From contig JAGBAJ010000038.1 in the NCBI GenBank assembly GCA_017939755.1, forward strand, positions 79,216-143,215: DNA of 64,000 nucleotides, read 5' to 3'. Shown piece after piece: positions 1-7,930 of the stretch. The DNA is from Clostridia bacterium. Its GTDB lineage: Bacteria > Bacillota > Clostridia > TANB77 > CAG-508. The notes below the pieces were generated by a model. That model worked only from the letters and a program-made list of their open reading frames with translations. It was not told the DNA's origin and did no database searches. Both the position numbers and the translations under genes were made by a program. Position 1 is the stretch's first letter, and every line of letters starts with the position of its first letter.

Positions 1-48
1 AACTTGGCAACTTCCTTTTCGAATCTAACGCAATTTAAAGTTATTCAT

Positions 49-80
49 AAAAAAAAGAAGTAGATCTAATGAACTACTTC
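49..80 (-). terminator. Rho-independent terminator after the tRNA pair
   Basis: 7-bp stem GAAGTAG/CTACTTC (57-63 / 74-80), followed on the minus strand by a T8 run (A-run 49-56 on plus). Confidence 0.6.
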
Positions 81-81
81 T

Positions 82-167
82 TGGTGGGCAGGGATGGATT
101 CGAACCATCGTACTCAAATGAGAACAGATTTACAGTCTGCCGCCTTTAGCCACTCGGCCACCTACCC
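82..167 (-). tRNA. tRNA-Tyr (anticodon GTA), long variable arm, encoded CCA
   Basis: The reverse complement reads GGGTAGGTGGCCGAGTGG...GCAGACTGTAAATCTGT...GGTTCGAATCC...CCTGCCCACCA. The acceptor stem pairs 7/7 (one G-U), the anticodon loop is CT-GTA-AA, and the T-loop is GGTTCGAATCC. Confidence 0.9.
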
Positions 168-192
168 ATATATTAAATTAAAACAAAAAAAT

Positions 193-269
193 TGGTGCGC
201 CCTCAAGGATTCGAACCTTGGACCCACCGGTTATGAGCCGGTTGCTCTGACCAACTGAGCTAAGGGCGC
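193..269 (-). tRNA. tRNA with CAT anticodon (Met, or more likely lysidine-modified Ile2), encoded CCA
   Basis: The reverse complement reads GCGCCCTTAGCTCAGTTGGTCAGAGCAACCGGCTCATAACCGGTGGGTCCAAGGTTCGAATCCTTGAGGGCGCACCA. It lacks initiator hallmarks (no three G-C pairs at the base of the anticodon stem). From memory it resembles Bacillus tRNA-Ile2(CAU). Confidence 0.85.
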
Positions 270-292
270 GTTTTTCTCTGTCAACGATTGTT

Positions 293-321
293 AGTATATA
301 ATATATTTTAAATTCTGTCAA
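293..321 (-). promoter_or_regulatory. Putative sigma-A promoter for the tRNA operon
   Basis: On the minus strand: TTGACA (321-316), 17-nt spacer, TATACT (298-293), about 25 nt upstream of the tRNA(CAT) 5' end. Confidence 0.5.
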
Positions 322-358
322 TATAAATTTTAATTTTTTTTACAAATTTTCAATGTAC

Positions 359-450
359 ATGTTACAATTCACGGCTAAATAGCAATATATATAAATTGAT
401 ATTATATTTTTAAATTCTAATAAAATCTTATTAGACGTGAATTGTAACAT
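359..450. repeat. Family R repeat, short (core-less) form
   Basis: Perfect 15-bp terminal inverted repeats ATGTTACAATTCACG / CGTGAATTGTAACAT. The interior matches only the outer arms of the 52503-52722 copy. Confidence 0.75.
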
Positions 451-555
451 GTATGTATGAAGTACAATCTAGAAAGTTTTTAAGAAGAAAAAATGCTTAT
501 TAATATATCACTTTTTTCTGATATGTGATATATTTTGGCAAAGGAAGTGGATGAA

Positions 556-1092
556 ATGTATAGGATTGAAAGTGCAGAGCTTAAAGATGTAGATATAATA
601 TTGGATTGCAAATTGGACATAATATTCAATAGTGATGAGATTACACAAATTGAAAAAAGTGACATGGAAAAGGTTGTTAATTGTTGCGAAGAAGAAATTA
701 GAGAGAATATAAAAGATTATAAAATGGTGTATGAGCAGGAAGATTTAGTGGCAATATATGCTACTAGTGATTATAATGATGGAATTTTGATAGATACCTT
801 GTATGTTATGCCTGATTCAAGAAAAAGCGGTGTAGCTTCAAATTTAATTAATGGCATAATTTCACAAAATTTCAAGCCATTATATGTGTGGATATATAAA
901 AATAACGATGTTGCACTACATTTATATAAAAAATATAATTTTAATATTGAGGAAGAAACTGAATATAGATACTTTATGAAAAATGTAAACGAAAAAGAAA
1001 GTAATAATTCAATTAAATTAAAAATGTTTCAAGATGAAGTTATGCTTTTAGCAAAAAAATACAATGTGAATTACGAATTAATTGTAAAATAA
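556..1092 (+). CDS. GNAT-family N-acetyltransferase
   Basis: GNAT-like core: LYVMPDSRKSGVASNLING...VWIYKNNDVALHLYKKYNF. The ATG at 556 lies 6 nt after AAGGAAGTGG. The ORF track starts at a TTG at 535. Confidence 0.6.
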   Translation: MYRIESAELKDVDIILDCKLDIIFNSDEITQIEKSDMEKVVNCCEEEIRENIKDYKMVYEQEDLVAIYATSDYNDGILIDTLYVMPDSRKSGVASNLINGIISQNFKPLYVWIYKNNDVALHLYKKYNFNIEEETEYRYFMKNVNEKESNNSIKLKMFQDEVMLLAKKYNVNYELIVK

Positions 1093-1177
1093 TATAATTG
1101 TATTGTTTGTCATCAGAGGGATTGCATATCTTAGATTTTTCAGATTTGTTCGTAATGATTTGTGAAAATTTTGTAAA

Positions 1178-1204
1178 TTAGCACTCTTCTATTGACTTTG
1201 CTAA
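1178..1204 (+). promoter_or_regulatory. CIRCE-like (HrcA-type) operator, right half degenerate
   Basis: TTAGCACTC-N9-CTTTGCTAA compared with consensus TTAGCACTC-N9-GAGTGCTAA. It overlaps a possible -35 TTGACT and lies upstream of htpG. Confidence 0.45.
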
Positions 1205-1254
1205 AAAATGGGTATATCATACGATTTGTAAAGTAAAGAAGTAAGAGGTGTGTA

Positions 1255-1408
1255 GTGTGAAAGATAATTGATTTTTGCATCGTTAAATTTCATTTTAAAT
1301 CTAATCAACGTGCAAAGAGCACGCCTCATAGATTTAAAACTCATTTGCCTTGCAAAAATACAATTCTTTTTCACACAGAATTTGTGCCTAGATGGAATGG
1401 AGGTTTAT
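1255..1408 (+). repeat. Family A MITE-like element plus SD module (copy A1) in the htpG leader
   Basis: TIRs GTGAAAGATAATTGATTTTTGCA (1257-1279) and TGCAAAAATACAATTCTTTTTCAC (1351-1374), then AATTTGTGCCTAGATGGAATGGAGG. Near-identical copies at 10861 and 61060. Confidence 0.85.
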
Positions 1409-3289
1409 ATGGAAACAAAATTATTTAAAGCTGAATCAAAGAGATTACTTGATTTAATGATTAATTCAATTTACACAAATAAGGAGATTTTTTTAAGAGA
1501 GCTTATATCCAATGCTAGTGATGCAATGGATAAATTATATTATAACTCGCTTACAGATAAAAATATCAATATTAATAAGGAAGATTTAATTATAAAGTTA
1601 ACTACTGATCCTAAAGCAAAAACTTTAACAATTGAAGATAAAGGTATAGGAATGAGCGCAGAAGAGCTAGAAGAAAACTTAGGAACAATTGCTCACAGTG
1701 GTTCATTTGCTTTTAAAAACGAAAACGAAAAGAAAGATGATGTAGATATTATTGGTCAATTCGGAGTTGGTTTTTATTCAGCATTTATGGTTAGCAAAAA
1801 GGTAGAAGTAATTAGTAAAAAATATGGGGCAGACAAAGCCTATAAGTGGACATCAGAAGGAGCAGATGGATATACTATTGAGGAAGTAGAAAAGCCAGAT
1901 GCTGGTACTACGATAATTTTACATATAAAAGATGACCGAGAAGAAGAAAAATATTCAGAGTTTCTTGGTGAATATAGAATAAAAGGAATAGTTAAGAGAT
2001 ACTCTGATTATATAAGATTCCCAATTATGATGGACGTAACAAAAAAAGTTCCAAAGGAAGGATCAAAAGAAGAATTTGAGGATAAAACAGAAACAGAAAC
2101 TTTAAATAGTATGATTCCAATTTGGAAAAAGAAAAAATCAGAGGTTACAGATGAAGAGCTAAATAGTTTTTATGCTATGAAATTTGGCGATTTTGAAAAG
2201 CCAACAAGAGTTATAAGAGCAAGCGTAGAGGGAATGCTAAATTATGATATGTTAGTTTATATTCCATCAGTTTTACCATATGATTATTATACAAAGGAAT
2301 TTGAAAAAGGACTACAATTATATTCTAATGGCGTTCTTATAATGGAAAAATGTAAAGATTTATTACCAGATTATTTTAGCTTTGTTAGAGGACTTGTAGA
2401 TAGCCCAGATTTATCATTAAACATTTCTAGAGAAATTTTACAACAAGATAGACAATTAAAGACAATAGCCAAAAATATAGAAAAGAAAATTAAAGCAGAA
2501 TTAGAAGATATGCTTAATAAGAATCGTGATGAATATGTAAAATTCTTTAAGACATTCGGTGTTCAATTAAAATTTGGATGTTACAATAATTTTGGTGTGG
2601 ACAAGGATAAATTAAAAGATTTATTGATGTTCTATTCTTCAACAGAGCAAAAATTAGTAACTTTAAAAGAATATGTAACAAGAATGAAAGAAGGACAAGA
2701 TAAGATTTATTATGCATGTGGAGAAACTACTGATAAGATAGATATGTTACCACAAGTTGAAGGTGTTAAGAGCAAAGGATATGAGATTTTATACTTAACA
2801 GATGAAATTGATGAGTTCGTACTTCAGATTTTAGTAAATTATGAAGAAAAGGAGTTTGCCAATGTTTCAGCAAACAACATCGACTTAGACAGCAAAGAGG
2901 ATAAAGAAAAAATTGAAAAATTAAATGAAGATAGCAAAGACCTATTAACTATAATGCAAGAAGCGATACCAGATGTTGCAAAAGTTTGTTTTACAAATAG
3001 ACTAAAAGAGCATCCTGTATGTATAACAACAGAGGGTGCAATATCTGTTGAAATGCAAAAAGTAATAAATGCTCTACCAAATAATAGACAAGTACAAGCA
3101 AAAACGACTTTAGAAATTAATGGAAATCATCAGATTACAAATAAGTTAAAAGAGCTATTTAATAATGATAAAGAAGGATTAAAGAAATATGCAAAGATTT
3201 TATATGCACAAGCAAAATTGATAGAAGGATTAAGCATAGATAATCCAACTGAAATTAGTAATTATATTTGTGACCTAATTTCAAAATAA
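1409..3289 (+). CDS. htpG: Molecular chaperone HtpG (Hsp90)
   Basis: METKLFKAESKRLLDLMINSIYTNKEIFLRELISNASDA and GQFGVGFYSAFMV are Hsp90 signatures. The start is taken at the ATG 7 nt after GGAGG. The 47 upstream codons in the ORF track are read-through of the repeat. Confidence 0.95.
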   Translation: METKLFKAESKRLLDLMINSIYTNKEIFLRELISNASDAMDKLYYNSLTDKNININKEDLIIKLTTDPKAKTLTIEDKGIGMSAEELEENLGTIAHSGSFAFKNENEKKDDVDIIGQFGVGFYSAFMVSKKVEVISKKYGADKAYKWTSEGADGYTIEEVEKPDAGTTIILHIKDDREEEKYSEFLGEYRIKGIVKRYSDYIRFPIMMDVTKKVPKEGSKEEFEDKTETETLNSMIPIWKKKKSEVTDEELNSFYAMKFGDFEKPTRVIRASVEGMLNYDMLVYIPSVLPYDYYTKEFEKGLQLYSNGVLIMEKCKDLLPDYFSFVRGLVDSPDLSLNISREILQQDRQLKTIAKNIEKKIKAELEDMLNKNRDEYVKFFKTFGVQLKFGCYNNFGVDKDKLKDLLMFYSSTEQKLVTLKEYVTRMKEGQDKIYYACGETTDKIDMLPQVEGVKSKGYEILYLTDEIDEFVLQILVNYEEKEFANVSANNIDLDSKEDKEKIEKLNEDSKDLLTIMQEAIPDVAKVCFTNRLKEHPVCITTEGAISVEMQKVINALPNNRQVQAKTTLEINGNHQITNKLKELFNNDKEGLKKYAKILYAQAKLIEGLSIDNPTEISNYICDLISK

Positions 3290-3387
3290 ACGAAGTTTTT
3301 AGAAAAAAATGATATAATTGCATTGTCTATTTTTTTGTTCTAAATCGGACAACCCTGAATATAATAATATAGTCAGGAGGAATAGGC

Positions 3388-3564
3388 ATGGCATATATAA
3401 CACAATTATTTAAAAAGTTAGATAAAGAAAAAATGTCAGAGCAAGAAGTTATGCATAGACAAAACGATAAAATTTTTGTTTTTATTTTAGTGCTATCAGC
3501 GGTTGTAATTGCTATAGATTATGCATTAATTATAAAGTTCATAGATATGATAAAAAATTTGTAG
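3388..3564 (+). CDS. Small hypothetical membrane protein (58 aa)
   Basis: AGGAGG lies 6 nt upstream of the ATG. The product MAYITQLFKKL...IFVFILVLSAVVIAIDYALII has one predicted TM segment. It is below the ORF-track size cutoff. Confidence 0.4.
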   Translation: MAYITQLFKKLDKEKMSEQEVMHRQNDKIFVFILVLSAVVIAIDYALIIKFIDMIKNL

Positions 3565-3578
3565 TTAGGAGATGTTGT

Positions 3579-4436
3579 ATGAATTTAGCAAATAATTGGA
3601 GCGACTATCAAATATTAGATATGGCAAATGGAGAAAAACTTGAAAAATGGAAAGACATCATTCTTGTAAGACCAGACCCTCAAATAATTTGGAGAGATAA
3701 GTCATTTCCAGAAAAATGGAAAAATGCCAATGCAGAATACTTAAGAAGCAATACTGGCGGGGGACAATGGAAATATAATAAAAAAATTCCAGATACTTGG
3801 CAGGTTAAATACAAGGAATTAACCTTTAATATTAAACCCATGGGATTTAAACATACAGGTTTATTTCCTGAGCAAGCAGTTAATTGGGATTGGATGATGA
3901 ATAAAATAAAGAATGCTAATAGAGAAATTAAAGTTTTGAATTTATTTGCATATACTGGTGGAGCAACTGTGGCATGCTTGGCTGCTGGTGCGGCAGTAAC
4001 TCATGTTGATAGCTCTAAAGGAATGGTAGCATGGGCAAAAGAAAATGTTATTTCTTCAGGTTTGCAAGATAGACAAGTTAGATACCTTATTGATGATGTT
4101 GTTAAATTTGTGAACCGAGAAATTAGAAGAGGAAATAAATATGACGCTATAATTATGGATCCACCATCTTATGGCAGGGGAACAAATGGAGAAGTATGGA
4201 AATTTGAAGAAAATATTTATGATTTAGTACAATTGTGCACGAAGGTTTTAAGTGATAAACCGTTATTTTTCCTTATAAATTCATATACAACAGGAATTTC
4301 AAGTATGGTACTAGAAAATATACTAAAACTTAATATAAAAAATAAAGGAAAATACAGTAATGGAGAAATTGGAATTCCTATGCAAAATTCTAGTTTAGTG
4401 TTACCATGTGGAATATTTGGCCGTTGGGAAGAGTAA
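3579..4436 (+). CDS. Class I SAM-dependent methyltransferase (RlmI/YccW-like catalytic domain)
   Basis: NLFAYTGGATVA (SAM motif I) and IIMDPPSYGRG (motif IV, DPP). Confidence 0.75.
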   Translation: MNLANNWSDYQILDMANGEKLEKWKDIILVRPDPQIIWRDKSFPEKWKNANAEYLRSNTGGGQWKYNKKIPDTWQVKYKELTFNIKPMGFKHTGLFPEQAVNWDWMMNKIKNANREIKVLNLFAYTGGATVACLAAGAAVTHVDSSKGMVAWAKENVISSGLQDRQVRYLIDDVVKFVNREIRRGNKYDAIIMDPPSYGRGTNGEVWKFEENIYDLVQLCTKVLSDKPLFFLINSYTTGISSMVLENILKLNIKNKGKYSNGEIGIPMQNSSLVLPCGIFGRWEE

Positions 4437-4512
4437 ATGGTGGAAAAACAAATTTTTCCCAGCTGGATTAGTGTCCTGAGGAAAAAACGAAAAATTATGA
4501 AAGGAATAAAAA

Positions 4513-5196
4513 ATGCAGAATATAAATGTATTATATGAAGATAACCATATTATTGTAGTAGAAAAAATAGTAAATATTCCATCCCAAGCAGACAAAACTG
4601 GTGATATAGATATGCTTACGATTATAAAAGATTATCTTAAGCAAAAATATAATAAACCAGGCAATGTATATTTGGGTTTAGTTCATAGATTAGATAGACC
4701 AGTTGGTGGTATTATGGTTTTTGCTAAAACTTCAAAAGCCGCTGCAAGACTGAGCGAAGAGGTTAGAAGTAAGCAATTTGAAAAACGTTACTTAGTAATA
4801 GCAAATGGAAAATTTGAAGCTAAAATAGGAACATTTGAAGACTACTTATTAAAGAATCAAGCAAAAAATATGAGCAAAGTTGTTAAGGAAGGAACAAAGA
4901 ATTCTAAACTTGCTGTACTCGATTATGAAATTATAAAATATGATCCAGATTTAGATTTATCTGTTGCAAAAATAAACTTACATACAGGTAGACATCATCA
5001 AATTAGAGTTCAGCTTGCTAGTAGAAATCACAGTATATATGGTGATCAAAAGTATGGCGGAAGAGGTCATGGAAAACAAATTTGCTTATGGGCATATAGC
5101 CTAAAAATTATTCATCCAGTTACAAAGAAGGAATTAAATTTTGAATTGCTTCCACAAAAGATTGGTTCATGGAAAATTATAGAAGATTGTATGTAG
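4513..5196 (+). CDS. RluA-family pseudouridine synthase (no S4 domain)
   Basis: HRLDRPVGGIMVFAKT catalytic Asp motif and HTGRHHQIRVQ motif. Confidence 0.85.
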   Translation: MQNINVLYEDNHIIVVEKIVNIPSQADKTGDIDMLTIIKDYLKQKYNKPGNVYLGLVHRLDRPVGGIMVFAKTSKAAARLSEEVRSKQFEKRYLVIANGKFEAKIGTFEDYLLKNQAKNMSKVVKEGTKNSKLAVLDYEIIKYDPDLDLSVAKINLHTGRHHQIRVQLASRNHSIYGDQKYGGRGHGKQICLWAYSLKIIHPVTKKELNFELLPQKIGSWKIIEDCM

Positions 5197-5214
5197 AATA
5201 AAAAACAAACATAC

Positions 5215-5261
5215 GCGGGCTGAACTCTATACTAAATAATTTAGGATAGTAATCAGCCCGC
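5215..5261. terminator. Long hairpin between convergent genes
   Basis: GCGGGCTGA (5215-5223) pairs with TCAGCCCGC (5253-5261). There is additional inner pairing and a T-rich tail. Confidence 0.5.
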
Positions 5262-5425
5262 TATTGTTATATATTAGGAAAGTCATGCTGAATTTTCCTA
5301 ATATATATAAGCTTTGCAAAAACAGATGCACAGAAATTTTATGCAATAAAATTTCGTGCTGAACATCTATTAGTTGTGTGAATGAATACATAGGAAATTT
5401 ACTGAATAAACAAAGATTTTTCAAA
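5262..5425. repeat. Family B mosaic repeat (copy B1)
   Basis: Hairpin module TATATATTAGGAAAGTCATGCTGAATTTTCCTAATATATA, followed by ...AACAGATGCACAGAAATTTTATGCAATAAAATTTCGTGCTGAACATCTATTAG...GTGTGAATGAA. Shared with 7411-7641 and 16931-17175. Confidence 0.8.
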
Positions 5426-5430
5426 TTTAC

Positions 5431-6288
5431 TTAACAGTAGATTTCAAATTTTTGAATAAATTTGTCATCTTGCATTTGAGTGAATAAATCTAAATTTGTA
5501 TTTTTTGATAAGATTTGGTGAACTTCCCACAAACCAATACCAGAATTATTTTCTTTTGTTGAGAATCCCTTTTCGAATAGTTTATCAACAGAGATGTTCT
5601 TGTTTATAAATGTATTAATTATTTCAAATATATATTTTTGTTTATCATATGTTATAGTAACAGAAACAATCTTCTCTTCAGTTTCATTAGCTCCTTCTAA
5701 AGCATTATCTAGAAGAATACCTAAAATTTTTGAAATTTCGTATATATTGTTTTGTATTTTTGAAGTATCAACTAAAATTGATAAGTCCATTTGGATATGC
5801 ATTTTTGATGCCTTGTAAAGTTTGTCAGCCAGTATTCCATATATAGACGGATTAATTAAAAAGTTTGTGCATACCAAATCTAGATTATTAGTTTCTTTAC
5901 AATTATTACTTAGTTGAGAATAAAACTTTTTCAGTCCATTCATATCATTTAGCTCTATATATCCACTAATAGATTGAATTATATTATTAAAATCATGCTT
6001 AAAACATCTGATATTATTGTGTAAAGATTCTAAAGTTATGATATAATATTTAGCCATATCAAGCTCTCTTTTTATGTTTTTGTATGAGATTACTTTAAAT
6101 ATATAAGATGTACCTATTAAATTTGATACTATAAGCAGGGGCAACAAAGTTGCTACAATGTATGAAATTGAAACTATATCTTTTAATATAATAAATAAAC
6201 AAGTAATTATTAAAAATGTGACTACCATACATAAAACATATAGAGCCAAACAAATCTTAAAGTGAATAGTATTTTCTGATTTTTTCAT
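5431..6288 (-). CDS. Sensor histidine kinase, AgrC/ComD-like (HPK10) GHKL ATPase, short membrane domain
   Basis: N-terminal TM helices. The H-box-like CFKHDFNNIIQSISGYIE and the GHKL motifs LLDNALEG and STKENNSGIGLW are present. Confidence 0.7.
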   Translation of the reverse strand: MKKSENTIHFKICLALYVLCMVVTFLIITCLFIILKDIVSISYIVATLLPLLIVSNLIGTSYIFKVISYKNIKRELDMAKYYIITLESLHNNIRCFKHDFNNIIQSISGYIELNDMNGLKKFYSQLSNNCKETNNLDLVCTNFLINPSIYGILADKLYKASKMHIQMDLSILVDTSKIQNNIYEISKILGILLDNALEGANETEEKIVSVTITYDKQKYIFEIINTFINKNISVDKLFEKGFSTKENNSGIGLWEVHQILSKNTNLDLFTQMQDDKFIQKFEIYC

Positions 6289-6518
6289 TGTTGTACCTCC
6301 AAATAATTTATCGCAATATTTTTTACTTGGGCTCTTTTTAGAGGCTTTCGAATAAAAATTTGCTGTAATTTATATGATGTATTAATAATTTTATATACAT
6401 ATTGTATATTTATCTAACATATTTTTTACAACCATAAATATATATTAATATATAATAGTTGCTGACTTTTTTATAATATAATTAAAATTTTGTTTTGTAA
6501 ATAATAAAGGAGGATATT

Positions 6519-7304
6519 ATGAAAAAAAAGTCTATTTTTATGCAGATTACGGCATTTTTTGTTGTAGCAATAGTCTTATTTGTGTGCATTAGTAGTAAAA
6601 ATGATGTTGTAAGAACGAGCTCTTCAGATAGTTATTCAGGTTTAAGCAATAAGAAAATAGGATGGGGAATTAAAAGATCAGATAATCATGAACAACCAGA
6701 TGTTGGCAGTGAAAATAAACGTATAATGGATAAGTATAATGGATTGTATTTAGGAAACACAGAAAAAAAATATGTATATTTAACATTTGATGCTGGATAT
6801 GAAGCAGGATATACAGAGCAATTGCTAGAAACATTAAGAAATAATAACGTTAAAGCTACATTTTTTATAACAGGTCATTATTTAAATACACAACCTGATT
6901 TAATAAAAAAAATGATTGATGATGGAAATATAGTTGGCAATCATACAGTTAACCATAAAGTTATGCCAGATATAAGTATTGATGAAATTAATAAAGATGT
7001 AATGGGCTTGCATAAAGCAATGTACGAGAAGTTTGGATATGAAATGAAATATTCACGTCCACCTAAAGGAGAATTTAGCGAAAGAACAATAAGTTATACA
7101 AATTCATTAGGATATACTACTGTAATGTGGTCTTTAGCTTATGATGATTGGGATGAAAAGAAGCAGGGGAGAGAGGAGTACGCAAAGGAAAAAATCTTAA
7201 ATAATATTCATAATGGAGCAATTATATTATTACATTCGAATTCAAAAGATAATTGCAATATTTTAGATTATGTTATTAAAGAAATAAAGAATCAGCGGTT
7301 ATGA
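6519..7304 (+). CDS. pdaA: Delta-lactam-biosynthetic de-N-acetylase PdaA-like polysaccharide deacetylase (3' end apparently frameshifted)
   Basis: Signal/TM segment, then WGIKRSDNHEQPD, YLTFDAGYEAGYT and GNHTVNH (NodB motifs). The expected C-terminus GYEFKSLDEFEK is encoded in the +1 frame at 7297-7335. Confidence 0.8.
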   Translation: MKKKSIFMQITAFFVVAIVLFVCISSKNDVVRTSSSDSYSGLSNKKIGWGIKRSDNHEQPDVGSENKRIMDKYNGLYLGNTEKKYVYLTFDAGYEAGYTEQLLETLRNNNVKATFFITGHYLNTQPDLIKKMIDDGNIVGNHTVNHKVMPDISIDEINKDVMGLHKAMYEKFGYEMKYSRPPKGEFSERTISYTNSLGYTTVMWSLAYDDWDEKKQGREEYAKEKILNNIHNGAIILLHSNSKDNCNILDYVIKEIKNQRL

Positions 7305-7410
7305 ATTTAAATCGTTAGATGAATTTGAAAAATAGTTAAATTTTAGCGTACGAACAAATACGTGGCGTGTAAAGTAATCTAAAATGTTAAAGAATATTAA
7401 TCATGTCACT

Positions 7411-7641
7411 TTTGTTATACATTAGGAAAGTCATGTTGACTTTTCCTAATGTATAAAGAGGGCTTCGCCGAAAACAGATGCACAGAAATTTTATTGCATA
7501 AAATTTCGCGCCGAACATCGATTAGCCGTGTGAATGAAATGAATTACGGATAATACATACACAGGAAATTCACGGAAAACCTTCGATTTTCCGATTTGTT
7601 CTATAAGATTAAGATTTGTGCCCAGAAGGAATGGAGTTAAT
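7411..7641 (+). repeat. Family B mosaic repeat fused to SD module (copy B2)
   Basis: Hairpin module TACATTAGGAAAGTCATGTTGACTTTTCCTAATGTA, then GGCTTCGCCGAAAACAGATGCACA..., ending AAGATTTGTGCCCAGAAGGAATGGAG just before the yqfC ATG. Confidence 0.8.
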
Positions 7642-7920
7642 ATGAAAAATAAAAGATTACATAGACTTAATAAAGTTTTAGATTTGCCAGACGAAGTAAC
7701 ATCTGATGTCCCTAAAATAACCAATTTAGGGTTTTCAAAAATGATGATAGAAAATTACAGAGCAATTTTGGAGTATCAGGATTTTTTTATTAGGATACGT
7801 ACTACAATTGGAATTATAAATATAAATGGTTATGAATTAAAGATGAACGAAATGACAACAGATGATATTCTTATAGAAGGAAAAATTGATAGTATTGATT
7901 TTGAAGCCATAGAAGACTAG
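7642..7920 (+). CDS. yqfC: Sporulation protein YqfC
   Basis: LDLPDEVTSDVPKIT...ENYRAILEYQD...IEGKIDSIDF is typical of YqfC. It lies immediately upstream of yqfD. The ATG at 7642 follows GGAG. Confidence 0.85.
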   Translation: MKNKRLHRLNKVLDLPDEVTSDVPKITNLGFSKMMIENYRAILEYQDFFIRIRTTIGIININGYELKMNEMTTDDILIEGKIDSIDFEAIED

Positions 7921-7930
7921 GAGGAGAGTT

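Noticed and set aside
1268-1408. N-terminal extensions in the ORF track for htpG (1268), yqfC (7618), era (10949), pgsA (39846), the DJ-1 gene (52835), gpsA (55817) and the ylbF-like gene (61140).
   Set aside because: The extra codons are simply read-through of repeat families A and B or the 33-bp repeat. Each gene has a conserved family-typical N-terminus beginning at a downstream ATG preceded by GGAG at proper spacing.
5227-5424. ORFs 5227-5424, 7491-7724 and 16812-17006 (minus strand), which share peptide strings such as GKISMTFLIY.
   Set aside because: They are translations of the family B repeat, so the shared peptide comes from the hairpin module. They have no RBS and overlap terminators.
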